DNA of 64,000 nucleotides, taken from a virus. Its lineage: Duplodnaviria; Heunggongvirae; Uroviricota; Caudoviricetes. The position numbers and the translations under genes were made by a program. Where the stretch lies: positions 32,552 to 96,551 of the IMG/VR virus record IMGVR_UViG_3300037587_000312. The stretch is one strand, 5' to 3'. Position 1 is the first letter of the stretch. Each line of letters opens with the position of its first letter. This document shows positions 20,898 to 28,806 of the stretch, piece after piece. The notes under the pieces were generated by a model. It had not been told where the DNA came from and did no database searches. It was given only the letters and a program-made list of their open reading frames with translations.

Positions 20898-21083
20898 TTA
20901 GACCCCCTTTTCCTGCCCAAGCTCAAATGCTTTATCTGCGACCTCTTGAAGCATCACCAGAAACACTTGCATGTTATTGTTGTAATCATCGGAAGGACCA
21001 TAGAGCGCCCTGACCTTACTCTCAAACAGGGTGGTTATCTGCTCCCCATCTCTATCTAAATCAACACTTTTAACTACCTTCAT
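20898..21083 (-). CDS. hypothetical small protein
   Basis: ORF. Confidence 0.25.
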   Translation of the reverse strand: MKVVKSVDLDRDGEQITTLFESKVRALYGPSDDYNNNMQVFLVMLQEVADKAFELGQEKGV

Positions 21084-21324
21084 CCAGTGCCTCCTTCTTT
21101 ATATCTTCAGCTGCCTGAATCAATACGCTTTCCTGCATAATAGGAACCAGCACCCACTTCCCACGACTCTCAATTACCTGTTCGTGAAAGATATAACATA
21201 CATCATTTGCCTCTTCCTCTGTAGAGAAACCGAAAGCTTCTAGACCAAATTGTTTGTCAGTATACACACCAACAACACAATCCCATCCGAGTTCTGTACA
21301 GATCATAACATAGACCTTATTCAT
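21070..21324 (-). CDS. hypothetical acidic protein
   Basis: ORF. Confidence 0.3.
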   Translation of the reverse strand: MNKVYVMICTELGWDCVVGVYTDKQFGLEAFGFSTEEEANDVCYIFHEQVIESRGKWVLVPIMQESVLIQAAEDIKKEALDEGS

Positions 21325-21325
21325 A

Positions 21326-21553
21326 CTACGCCCCTTTTATTAACTCATAAACTTCCTTTGCACAGATCTCACAAATATACGCAGGATGTTTCATTGTACC
21401 ACCCGCCACATATTTCACATTGTTCTTTGCTCCTTCTGTGTGGGAATAACCACCTTTACAGAAACTGCATTGCCATGTGTATATAGTTGGAGTCTGTGTT
21501 CGATTTACAACCTCTCTCTTCTTAAAGTCAACCTCAATTATCTCTGCTGTCAT
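21326..21553 (-). CDS. zinc-ribbon protein (CxxC...CxxC)
   Basis: Start refined to internal Met (MTAEII). Has CSFC and CEIC pairs. Confidence 0.3.
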   Translation of the reverse strand: MTAEIIEVDFKKREVVNRTQTPTIYTWQCSFCKGGYSHTEGAKNNVKYVAGGTMKHPAYICEICAKEVYELIKGA

Positions 21554-21818
21554 TAGATACCTCCTCACCAAAGAGTTTAGTTTCGTTATTATTAAAGGCA
21601 TGCAACATATCATCACAAGCCATAAGTAGTTGAGGTCCAGAGAAATCACCAGCTAGGTATATCCCTGCATCAACCACCATACATGAAATAGCATCCGCAA
21701 GTAATTCTCTTTGCCTCTTAAGATCACGTATCTCTTTCCGAGCCTCAGCCATATCTCTTCGATACTGACGACTCTTCTCCCTTTGATACGTGATCACTTT
21801 ACAATTTCTACAGGACAT
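21534..21818 (-). CDS. hypothetical protein with N-terminal CxxC
   Basis: ORF. Confidence 0.3.
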   Translation of the reverse strand: MSCRNCKVITYQREKSRQYRRDMAEARKEIRDLKRQRELLADAISCMVVDAGIYLAGDFSGPQLLMACDDMLHAFNNNETKLFGEEVSNDSRDN

Positions 21819-21821
21819 TAC

Positions 21822-22226
21822 CTACTCCCTATACCCAACTTTATCCAGACCCTTGACAAAACTCCTCAGGAATGTCCACTCACAACTGAGATGATGGATA
21901 CCCGTCCCGTTGAATTTACTTTCCAGTAGAGCTTCTTTCATCTGGTTAGCTAAATGACATACAGCAACTACATTGTGCGGATGATACCCAATTGAGTTAT
22001 CAATCCTGTCCATAGTTCTGTCAGTAGCCTGAGGAGTCACAGGAGTCCCCTGAACAGCCGTTACAGCTTCAGTGAGGGAAACACCCGTGTAAGCGCATTT
22101 CTTTCGTCTGAGAAGCTTACGAACGTCCTGAAGGGTCAGACTGAACTCCTTCTTACGTTTGTTGGCACTGTTCATCAAAGAAGTGAACTTCCGAGCTACC
22201 TTAGCATCTTCATCGTTAAATCCCAT
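21822..22226 (-). CDS. HNH endonuclease (McrA-like)
   Basis: CAYTG...DRIDNSIGYHPHNVVAVCHLANQMK matches a classic HNH core. Confidence 0.5.
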   Translation of the reverse strand: MGFNDEDAKVARKFTSLMNSANKRKKEFSLTLQDVRKLLRRKKCAYTGVSLTEAVTAVQGTPVTPQATDRTMDRIDNSIGYHPHNVVAVCHLANQMKEALLESKFNGTGIHHLSCEWTFLRSFVKGLDKVGYRE

Positions 22227-22229
22227 TAA

Positions 22230-22652
22230 TCAGATCCCCAGCTTATCTAGACGTTCCTGTAGTTTCTGCATCTCAGCGACGATAGCATCCTTTTCAATCT
22301 CTTGTGGAGATTTACTTTGTTGTTCTTTGACCCGATATTCTGTGTGAAGAATCCAAGAAGGAAATTCTACAAGAAACCAGTTATCAGCAATAGGTTCTTT
22401 ACATTCAATCGCCGCTCCATCAGCCCAAGCCTTGATAACTTCAGCATGTTTATGGGGAGGATTCGGATAGGTTTGTGGTGCCAACTCAAAACCCCTACGC
22501 ATATCATATTTATGATACTCATCAATCTCCTCAAAAGAGAAATAAATACGATCAACTTCTGCGACAGTGTAGACTTCCCCTTTTTGAAGGAAGCAATAAT
22601 CACCCCTCCCATCTGTGCAAAGTACCTTCTCACCTTCTTCAAACTTTCTCAT
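22230..22652 (-). CDS. hypothetical protein (KOW/SH3-like N-terminus FEEGEKV)
   Basis: ORF; motif shared with several + strand genes. Confidence 0.35.
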   Translation of the reverse strand: MRKFEEGEKVLCTDGRGDYCFLQKGEVYTVAEVDRIYFSFEEIDEYHKYDMRRGFELAPQTYPNPPHKHAEVIKAWADGAAIECKEPIADNWFLVEFPSWILHTEYRVKEQQSKSPQEIEKDAIVAEMQKLQERLDKLGI

Positions 22653-22897
22653 TCTATATCCTCCACAGTTGTATTCACATCCACTTTATAGGATTCTTGA
22701 TCAACTGTCAAGGGGAATTCCCAGTAGCCGTGACCATCTTCTCGTCCATAACCTGCTGTATGGCTTCCACAATTACTGATAGAGAATGAAGGCTCTGCTC
22801 CTTCCTTATACATACCGACAGCGAAGTGACCATTCTGTTCGTACTCTTCGTCAGGGATATCCAACGTATCAAATTTATTACTCATAGTTTCCTCCAT
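22649..22897 (-). CDS. hypothetical acidic protein (first gene of leftward operon)
   Basis: ORF adjacent to divergent promoter region. Confidence 0.3.
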   Translation of the reverse strand: MEETMSNKFDTLDIPDEEYEQNGHFAVGMYKEGAEPSFSISNCGSHTAGYGREDGHGYWEFPLTVDQESYKVDVNTTVEDIE

Positions 22898-22956
22898 TAC
22901 TTCTGATTTCTATCTATTCTACACGAAAATAGTTGTATGTCAACAGTAGAAAGCAC

Positions 22957-22984
22957 TTGACACAGGTATAAATAGGGTTAAAAT
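22957..22984 (+). promoter_or_regulatory. sigma70-like promoter TTGACA-N16-TAAAAT
   Basis: Near-consensus hexamers ~25 nt upstream of the small ORF at 23010. Confidence 0.4.
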
Positions 22985-23009
22985 GTAACTATTAACCGAG
23001 GAGAGACCT

Positions 23010-23189
23010 ATGTACTGCATCCAATGTAAAGAGAACAGAGAATTTGATATGAGGTACATTGGATTTGCCGGTAGCGGAGAGTACTGTCTTACTTGTGAAG
23101 CCATCAAACATAACAGGGTTATTCCCACACCAAGACTCTTAACTGGAATCTTCTGGACCACCAAAGAATTTAAGATAATTAAGGAGTAG
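23010..23189 (+). CDS. small zinc-ribbon protein (59 aa)
   Basis: RBS gaggagag. CIQC...CLTC pairs. Below the 60-aa cutoff of the ORF table. Confidence 0.4.
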   Translation: MYCIQCKENREFDMRYIGFAGSGEYCLTCEAIKHNRVIPTPRLLTGIFWTTKEFKIIKE

Positions 23190-23405
23190 AATTAGAGGTA
23201 ATATGGAGGCAGAGAAAGGGTAGATATGTATAGGTATAGCATAAGGGGACTACAAGGAACCCTGAAAAGGGTAGATTTCGTTCGTAAGCCGTGGATCTAA
23301 TTGAACTTTTAGTTTCGGAAACCCATGTTTTCATTTGCGCCTCGTTGATATATGTCAACTAATTCCAGTACTTTCATGGTGTTGAAATTATTTTCAAAAT
23401 AGGGG

Positions 23406-23433
23406 TTGCAAACCTAGAAAATGTGTGTATAAT
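23406..23433 (+). promoter_or_regulatory. strong sigma70-like promoter TTGCAA-N16-TATAAT
   Basis: Consensus -10 hexamer. ~30 nt upstream of RBS aggagg and ATG 23467. Confidence 0.5.
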
Positions 23434-23466
23434 TCGATGAAAATTTGTACAGAAAGGAGGATTAAG

Positions 23467-24108
23467 ATGGGTTGTGATATACACTGTTTTGTAGAGCAGA
23501 AAGCTGATGATAGGTGGGAACAGATCGGGGATTTCCTCTCTGATTGGTATGAGGAAGGTGATAAGTATTTCGGAGAAGAGAGATTCAAATATTCTGATTC
23601 CCCTATTGATTGTCGGAACTATTCCCTGTTTGGTGTATTGGCTGGTGTACGGAGGGATTTTACACCAATAGCCGATCCTAGAGGTATCCCAGAAGATGTC
23701 TCTGATTCAATTGGAGAGGATTACAAAGGTTGGGGATGTGATGCTCATACCCCTTCGTGGCTAACTGTTAAAGAACTGTTGGATCATGACTGGGATCAGC
23801 TCATCCGTGTAGGTGGTCTAGTGGATCAATCGGGATTCAAGGAGTACATTAAGCGAGGAGAACCTTCCATATGGTGTGGTAATGTATTTGGTGGGGATAC
23901 TAAAATCATCAGTCAGGATCGTATGATGGTTGGAATTAAAGGGTTGATCCCATTACCAGAAGGACACACTTACTACTGTGGGATTGAATGGACTAACAAA
24001 CTATCCGATTATTTGGGTAAATTCTTGAAGGATACCTTGCCACAGCTTGAGAAGCGATGTAATGGCGATCCTGAGAATTTCCGTATCGTATTCTGGTTTG
24101 ATAACTAA
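23467..24108 (+). CDS. hypothetical early protein
   Basis: ATG 23467 with aggagg at 6-nt spacing. ORF-table start 23425 precedes the predicted transcript start. Confidence 0.45.
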   Translation: MGCDIHCFVEQKADDRWEQIGDFLSDWYEEGDKYFGEERFKYSDSPIDCRNYSLFGVLAGVRRDFTPIADPRGIPEDVSDSIGEDYKGWGCDAHTPSWLTVKELLDHDWDQLIRVGGLVDQSGFKEYIKRGEPSIWCGNVFGGDTKIISQDRMMVGIKGLIPLPEGHTYYCGIEWTNKLSDYLGKFLKDTLPQLEKRCNGDPENFRIVFWFDN

Positions 24109-24116
24109 GGAGTAAC

Positions 24117-24545
24117 ATGAGTAAGATTATACAATTCTCAGGTGAACATAGATACCTGTCAAACTTCTATGATAAGGCACCTTTTCGTTTGTTTGGGTAT
24201 GCTTGGAGAAATTCCGAGAATGCCTACCAAGCGATGAAAAGTTCGGATCAAGATGTGTGGGAATCTATGACAGATCTCTCACCTTTTGAGTCAAAGAAAA
24301 TAGGTAAACGGATCTACCTGCGTCATGATTGGGATGAGGTTAAATATCGAACTATGTACCTTATTGTCAAAGCAAAATTCACACAGAATCGTGATATTGC
24401 AGAGATGCTCATTGCTACAGGTGATTGTTTGATTGAAGAAGGTAATACATGGGGAGATGTTACATGGGGTATTAGCCCTCCTGATACAGGGACAGGGACT
24501 AATTGGTTAGGTAAGATTTTAATGGAAGTGAGGGAGGAACTATAA
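24117..24545 (+). CDS. NADAR-domain protein (YbiA-like; putative ADP-ribosyl hydrolase)
   Basis: FSGEHRYLSNFY...ENAYQAMK...WG signature of the NADAR/DUF1768 family. Confidence 0.6.
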   Translation: MSKIIQFSGEHRYLSNFYDKAPFRLFGYAWRNSENAYQAMKSSDQDVWESMTDLSPFESKKIGKRIYLRHDWDEVKYRTMYLIVKAKFTQNRDIAEMLIATGDCLIEEGNTWGDVTWGISPPDTGTGTNWLGKILMEVREEL

Positions 24546-24546
24546 A

Positions 24547-24816
24547 GTGAAACAACGTACAGGTTTTGTAAGTAATAGCTCGAGTTCCAGTTTTATAATC
24601 TTCAAGCGATTTCTGACACCAGAACAGGTTGATCAGATCAAAGATCACCAACGTTTAGGTAAGGAGTGGAAACTAGATTGGCCAGAAGATTATTGGAATA
24701 TATATGATCATCCAATGGATATATCAGGTTATACCACTATGGATAATTTTGATATGAATCAATTTTTGGATTTAATTGGGGTTGATCCCCAGAAAATAAC
24801 TTGGGAGTACGATTAA
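24547..24816 (+). CDS. paralog 1 of conserved-N-terminus family (MKQRTGFVSNSSSSSFII...)
   Basis: GTG start after gggagg. N-terminal 17-mer shared with four other genes. Confidence 0.5.
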   Translation: MKQRTGFVSNSSSSSFIIFKRFLTPEQVDQIKDHQRLGKEWKLDWPEDYWNIYDHPMDISGYTTMDNFDMNQFLDLIGVDPQKITWEYD

Positions 24817-24817
24817 T

Positions 24818-25315
24818 ATGAAATGTAGAAGTGGGTTTGTGAGCAATAGCTCGAGTAGTAGTTTTATTATCGGAATTGGTATTGTTGAAGATGTCAGTAC
24901 CTATAAGCATGATGATGCCGAGATTGTAACTATTGGTGCATTACGGGAGTGTGACAAACAATCACAAATTCGTTATCAAGAGTGCTTGAAAGAGAAAGCG
25001 TCTGGCACTAGACGTTACTGCTGGTCCCCAGAAAATAATATCAATGTACGGGGTGAGCGTGAATATATTCGCACAACTGCCTTCGATGATTCTGAGGTCT
25101 CTCTGGATATCACAGGTATGTCTGACGATACCACAGTAGCTATCCTAAGCACTGGCGGTGAATTGGATGGTGATCATGATTTTTGTGATGATGAAGATGA
25201 TTATGAGCCAGACTACAGTTTATCCCCAACAGAGCAAGATTATGAGGTGATGAGCGATTTTGAAACAGGGTTGAAATCATCAGAATGTTATGGTGGTGCT
25301 GGCCGTAACGGTTAG
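24818..25315 (+). CDS. paralog 2 of conserved-N-terminus family (MKCRSGFVSNSSSSSFII...), acidic C-terminal region
   Basis: Same 17-mer; divergent acidic tail. Confidence 0.5.
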   Translation: MKCRSGFVSNSSSSSFIIGIGIVEDVSTYKHDDAEIVTIGALRECDKQSQIRYQECLKEKASGTRRYCWSPENNINVRGEREYIRTTAFDDSEVSLDITGMSDDTTVAILSTGGELDGDHDFCDDEDDYEPDYSLSPTEQDYEVMSDFETGLKSSECYGGAGRNG

Positions 25316-25340
25316 TCCCCACAAATAGAGGAGCAATATT

Positions 25341-25772
25341 ATGAAAAGTCGTACAGGTTTTGTGAGCAATAGCTCGAGTTCAAGTTTCATTCTATATGGA
25401 GCAAATTTCCATGGAGATGAGGACGTAGTTGATGCTATCGGTAAACTTTTAACGGAGGAACAGACCCAAGAAGCTCTATCTAAGAGCCGTGATTGGGGTA
25501 ATGATAAACAACCATATGAGTCCATCAAGCTTTGGCTGGAGGATGATTGCTACGAGGTAACCGAGTCTGTAAATAAATATCTCCCTGATGGCATCAATAT
25601 CGAATGTGACGAAGGTGAGTGGTCCATAGGCTCTGATCAAGATCCAGAGTATATTTCCATGGAGCAGGCTCGTAATGGTTTCTGGACCAAAGAGCAAATG
25701 GAAACTGTTGATAAACTTCTGGAAAGTATTGGCAAAACTGCCAGTGTTTTCGGTGGAACACGTATGTGTTAA
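25341..25772 (+). CDS. paralog 3 of conserved-N-terminus family (MKSRTGFVSNSSSSSFIL...)
   Basis: RBS gaggag; same 17-mer. Confidence 0.5.
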   Translation: MKSRTGFVSNSSSSSFILYGANFHGDEDVVDAIGKLLTEEQTQEALSKSRDWGNDKQPYESIKLWLEDDCYEVTESVNKYLPDGINIECDEGEWSIGSDQDPEYISMEQARNGFWTKEQMETVDKLLESIGKTASVFGGTRMC

Positions 25773-25786
25773 GGGAGGATTGTTAA

Positions 25787-26346
25787 TGAAATATAGAACA
25801 GGTTTTGTAAGTAATAGTAGCTCCAGCTCATTCATCTGTGATATCTCAGGGAGATCTGAATCTGGATGGGATATGTGCTTCTCTGATGTTGGTATGTATA
25901 GCTGTGAGAACGGGCATACATTTGACGAGGATTATGCCTTATACAGTGATGAGATCAAGATTCATCTGTTGGAGGAACTAAAAGACACCATCTTAGAGTA
26001 TCACGATGAGGATCTCTGGGAATCATTGCAAGAGGCTGATGATATAACAGACTTCCATGATATTGATGATTTTGTGTATGAATTACCTGAGTGTTGCTGC
26101 CCAATCTGCACATTCAAGGTGTACTCTGAATCAGATATGAAAAGGTTCATGAAGAAGAAGTATGGCACCAGTGAGGAGGATGCATTCGCTGAAGTAAAAG
26201 CCTTGAACAAGCGCCGTAAGAAGTTGTACGATACTGAATACGTGACTTACGTCTGCAAGACTGAGAACACTACAGTTGATGCAGAATTTGATGAGATGCA
26301 GAAGTTTGGTGTCTACAGCAAGTTCAGAGAATACCTAAATAGTTAA
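25787..26346 (+). CDS. paralog 4 of conserved-N-terminus family (MKYRTGFVSNSSSSSFIC...), Cys-containing C-terminal region
   Basis: RBS gggagga then ATG 25787, internal to the longer table ORF 25675..26346. Same 17-mer. Confidence 0.5.
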
Positions 26347-26357
26347 AATAATCACCA

Positions 26358-26383
26358 AAGGGGCTTTACAGCCCCTTTTTCTT
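26358..26383 (+). terminator. rho-independent terminator
   Basis: aaggggct-ttac-agcccctt followed by TTTCTTT. Confidence 0.55.
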
Positions 26384-26387
26384 TGTG

Positions 26388-26408
26388 TAGACTACTCGCA
26401 TCTTAATT
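26388..26408 (+). promoter_or_regulatory. conserved 21-nt motif TAGACTACTCGCATCTTAATT (copy 1), candidate promoter -10/5'UTR element
   Basis: Near-identical copy at 37193..37213. Both lie exactly 39 nt upstream of an ATG and directly after a terminator or the tRNA cluster. Confidence 0.35.
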
Positions 26409-26426
26409 AAACAAGAGGCACACAAT

Positions 26427-26642
26427 ATGACAAATACTTTGGACAAACTATTTAAAATTTTCTTCTCTGCCGCAGGTTTCCTCCTAGCAGCGCAAGTATT
26501 ACAAGGTATGATGGTTGCCCAGAACCAATCACCAGATTTTACACTGTCTATTCTGTTCACTGTAGGGATGTTGGGTGGTATCGGCAACCTCGTAGCTGTC
26601 TGCCTGATTGCCCATGAAGACAACAAAAAGGAGTCAAAATAA
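26427..26642 (+). CDS. small membrane protein (2 TM)
   Basis: Hydrophobic segments. RBS aagagg. Confidence 0.35.
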   Translation: MTNTLDKLFKIFFSAAGFLLAAQVLQGMMVAQNQSPDFTLSILFTVGMLGGIGNLVAVCLIAHEDNKKESK

Positions 26643-26643
26643 T

Positions 26644-27759
26644 ATGAAATTACTTCAAGCCGTACAAGGTGATATCAAAGCAGTTCGTTCAGAGAACTAC
26701 AACTACGAATTCAACATGGAGAATGGTGCGTTCATGCGCTGGGGTAAGACATTCGAAGATGATCCTGACTATGCACCGTTCCCAGAGATTCTGGATATTG
26801 AGATCACATCCAAGTGTAATGGTCCAGCGGGAAAGTTGTGTAACTTCTGTTACAAGAGTAACAATCCGAAAGGTCACAACATGCGTTTTGATATGTTCAA
26901 GAACATCATTGATAAGATGCCCTTCCTGACTCAGATTGCCTTAGGTGCGGATGCACAGGGTATCACCAATCCAGATATGTTCAAGATGATGGGTTACGCC
27001 CGGAGCAAGAACATTATCCCAAACCTGACCATTGCTGACGTATCTTGGGAAGTAGCTGAGAAATTGAGTAAGGTTGCTGGTGCTGTTGCAGTCTCTGTCT
27101 ACAAGCATGCAGGCTTCGATGTAGCATTCGATTCTGTTAACCGTCTGGCTGTATCTGGACAGAAGCAAATCAACTTGCACTACATGATCTCTAAGGCAAC
27201 CCTTGCAGATGCCTATAAGGTTGTTGACGCGATGATGCTAGATTCTCGTCTAGAGAAGGTCAATGCCATCGTATTCTTATCGTTAAAGCAAAAGGGTCGT
27301 GGACTGCGGCATGAGTATGTTACTCAAGAAGAATACAAAGCCTTGGTTGATCATTGTTTGAAGAACAAAATCCCATTTGGTTTCGATTCATGTTCAGCCC
27401 CAACCTTCTTAGACTCAGTAAAGGAACATGAACACTTTGATAAGTTCAACCAAATGGCTGAGCCTTGTGAGAGTACGTTGTTCAGTTCCTATGTGAATGA
27501 GTACGGTCATTTCTACCCTTGCTCCTTCACTGAGAAGTGGAAGGAAGGTGATTGGTTAGAGGGTATCGACGTTGTTGCAGCAGAGAAATTCATCGAAGAT
27601 GTGTGGAATCACCCAAAAACTGTTGACTTCCGTGAGACTTTGATTAATAATAAGGACTCTAACGGATGCCGTCAATGCCCTGCGTATAACGTATGTGGTA
27701 AAGAGTCCATCCCAGACAAATATAAGAAGCAGACTATTGAGGTGGTTAATATTGGGTAA
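26644..27759 (+). CDS. radical SAM enzyme with C-terminal Cys-rich SPASM/twitch-like domain (putative peptide/protein-modifying maturase)
   Basis: EITSKCNGPAGKLCNFCY core (non-canonical CX7CX2C). C-terminal DSCSAP, EPCES, YPCSF and GCRQCPAYNVCG cysteines. Start refined to ATG 26644 after aaggag. Confidence 0.55.
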   Translation: MKLLQAVQGDIKAVRSENYNYEFNMENGAFMRWGKTFEDDPDYAPFPEILDIEITSKCNGPAGKLCNFCYKSNNPKGHNMRFDMFKNIIDKMPFLTQIALGADAQGITNPDMFKMMGYARSKNIIPNLTIADVSWEVAEKLSKVAGAVAVSVYKHAGFDVAFDSVNRLAVSGQKQINLHYMISKATLADAYKVVDAMMLDSRLEKVNAIVFLSLKQKGRGLRHEYVTQEEYKALVDHCLKNKIPFGFDSCSAPTFLDSVKEHEHFDKFNQMAEPCESTLFSSYVNEYGHFYPCSFTEKWKEGDWLEGIDVVAAEKFIEDVWNHPKTVDFRETLINNKDSNGCRQCPAYNVCGKESIPDKYKKQTIEVVNIG

Positions 27760-28205
27760 ACATCACGGGATGTGTGGAACTCCTACATATTGGTCTTGGC
27801 AGGGTATGAAGACTAGGTGTAATAATAGTAATAGGGATTTTACTGATATTTATCTTCAACTGGATTACGACTCTAAATGGGAGAATTTTCTAGGGTTTAT
27901 AGAGGATATGGGGGAAAGACCTGAAGGAACAACCTTGGATAGGAAAGATAATGCTCTTGGGTATACACTTGAAAATTGTAGGTGGGCTGATCTGAGCCCC
28001 CAATGCGCTAATAGAACTAAATTCAAAAGTAATAGCTCGGGGTTTACTGGTGTAAGGCAGCATGGTAGTAAATGGAGGGCGTAGGTTAATTGGAAAGGTA
28101 AACCCATTATAATAGGTTCTTATTCAGACCCATATATGGCGGCTGTTGAAAGAGATAGGTATATAAAAGATAATAACCTACCTCACACCTTAAATTTTAT
28201 AGAGG
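27752..28205 (+). pseudogene. HNH-AP2 type homing endonuclease gene interrupted by in-frame amber codon (TAG at 28082-28084)
   Basis: N-terminal half GKHHGMCGTPTYWSWQGMKTRC...LDRKDNALGYTLENCRWA. The AP2 strand GFTGVRQHGSKWRA is followed by TAG, then the frame stays open with AP2-like continuation VNWKGKPIIIGSYSDPYMAAVERDRYI to TAA 28205. Confidence 0.5.
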
Positions 28206-28216
28206 GGGATTAAATA

Positions 28217-28393
28217 ATGTTTAAATTTGTAATGGGTACGGCGTTGACGGCGGTAGTTTTTCTTGGCTGCCTCCACTTAACTGAGATGGGTCAGGCATAC
28301 AAGAAAACACAAGAGTCCATTTTTGAATGTACTAAGCAAAAGAAGGATACTTGTGTGGTAATCATTGATATGAAACCTTTCTTGGAGGATTAA
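28217..28393 (+). CDS. small lipoprotein (58 aa)
   Basis: Signal peptide MFKFVMGTALTAVVFLGC with lipobox L-G-C. RBS gggggattaaataATG. Confidence 0.4.
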   Translation: MFKFVMGTALTAVVFLGCLHLTEMGQAYKKTQESIFECTKQKKDTCVVIIDMKPFLED

Positions 28394-28396
28394 ATA

Positions 28397-28600
28397 ATGC
28401 GTAACGGGACAATCAAGATTATAAATTTCACTCGCGTAGGACACTATCAGTTAATTACTGACAGGATTGATGATCTTGATTGGGAGAAACTAAAGAGTTC
28501 CTATCGTAAAGTTGGTGTCAGAACTGGACGGGGACTTAGCATCTATGTTACATTCTCCGTTGAGAATGATGTTCTTATTGCAGAGGGGAGTGTAGAATAA
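28397..28600 (+). CDS. hypothetical protein
   Basis: RBS ggaggattaaataATG, a near-duplicate of the preceding initiation region. Confidence 0.35.
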   Translation: MRNGTIKIINFTRVGHYQLITDRIDDLDWEKLKSSYRKVGVRTGRGLSIYVTFSVENDVLIAEGSVE

Positions 28601-28806
28601 TGGAAGTCAATAGCCAAACAACTTATAAATTAAGTGAAAACGATATCAAAGAGGCTATCGCCCATTATATGATTGATCAGTATGGGGTTTGTATAGGAGA
28701 CGTTAACTTCAATGTAAAAGAGTTGACAGAGGATTACCCTATTGGTAACTTTGAGTCTGGTACTCGTCATGTTGGTTATGAGATTACAGCGGAGGGTAAG
28801 GTATGA
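28600..28806 (+). CDS. hypothetical protein
   Basis: Start overlaps the previous stop (TAATG). Confidence 0.3.
   Translation: MEVNSQTTYKLSENDIKEAIAHYMIDQYGVCIGDVNFNVKELTEDYPIGNFESGTRHVGYEITAEGKV

Noticed and set aside
23425-23466. Longer N-terminus (MYNSMKICTERRIK) for the first early gene
   Set aside because: It lies upstream of the predicted transcription start of the strong promoter at 23406-23433 and lacks an RBS. ATG 23467 has a consensus AGGAGG.
26644-27759. Calling the rSAM as QueE (7-carboxy-7-deazaguanine synthase) of a phage deazaguanine modification pathway
   Set aside because: No QueC, QueD or FolE partners are in the window, and the C-terminal Cys-rich domain fits SPASM/twitch better than QueE. 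Not excluded without alignment.
28082-28084. Genome-wide TAG (amber) reassignment explaining the in-frame TAG
   Set aside because: TAG terminates well-supported genes elsewhere (for example 2501..3154 and 8669..9232, each followed immediately by the next gene's RBS). A local pseudogene or read-through is more parsimonious.
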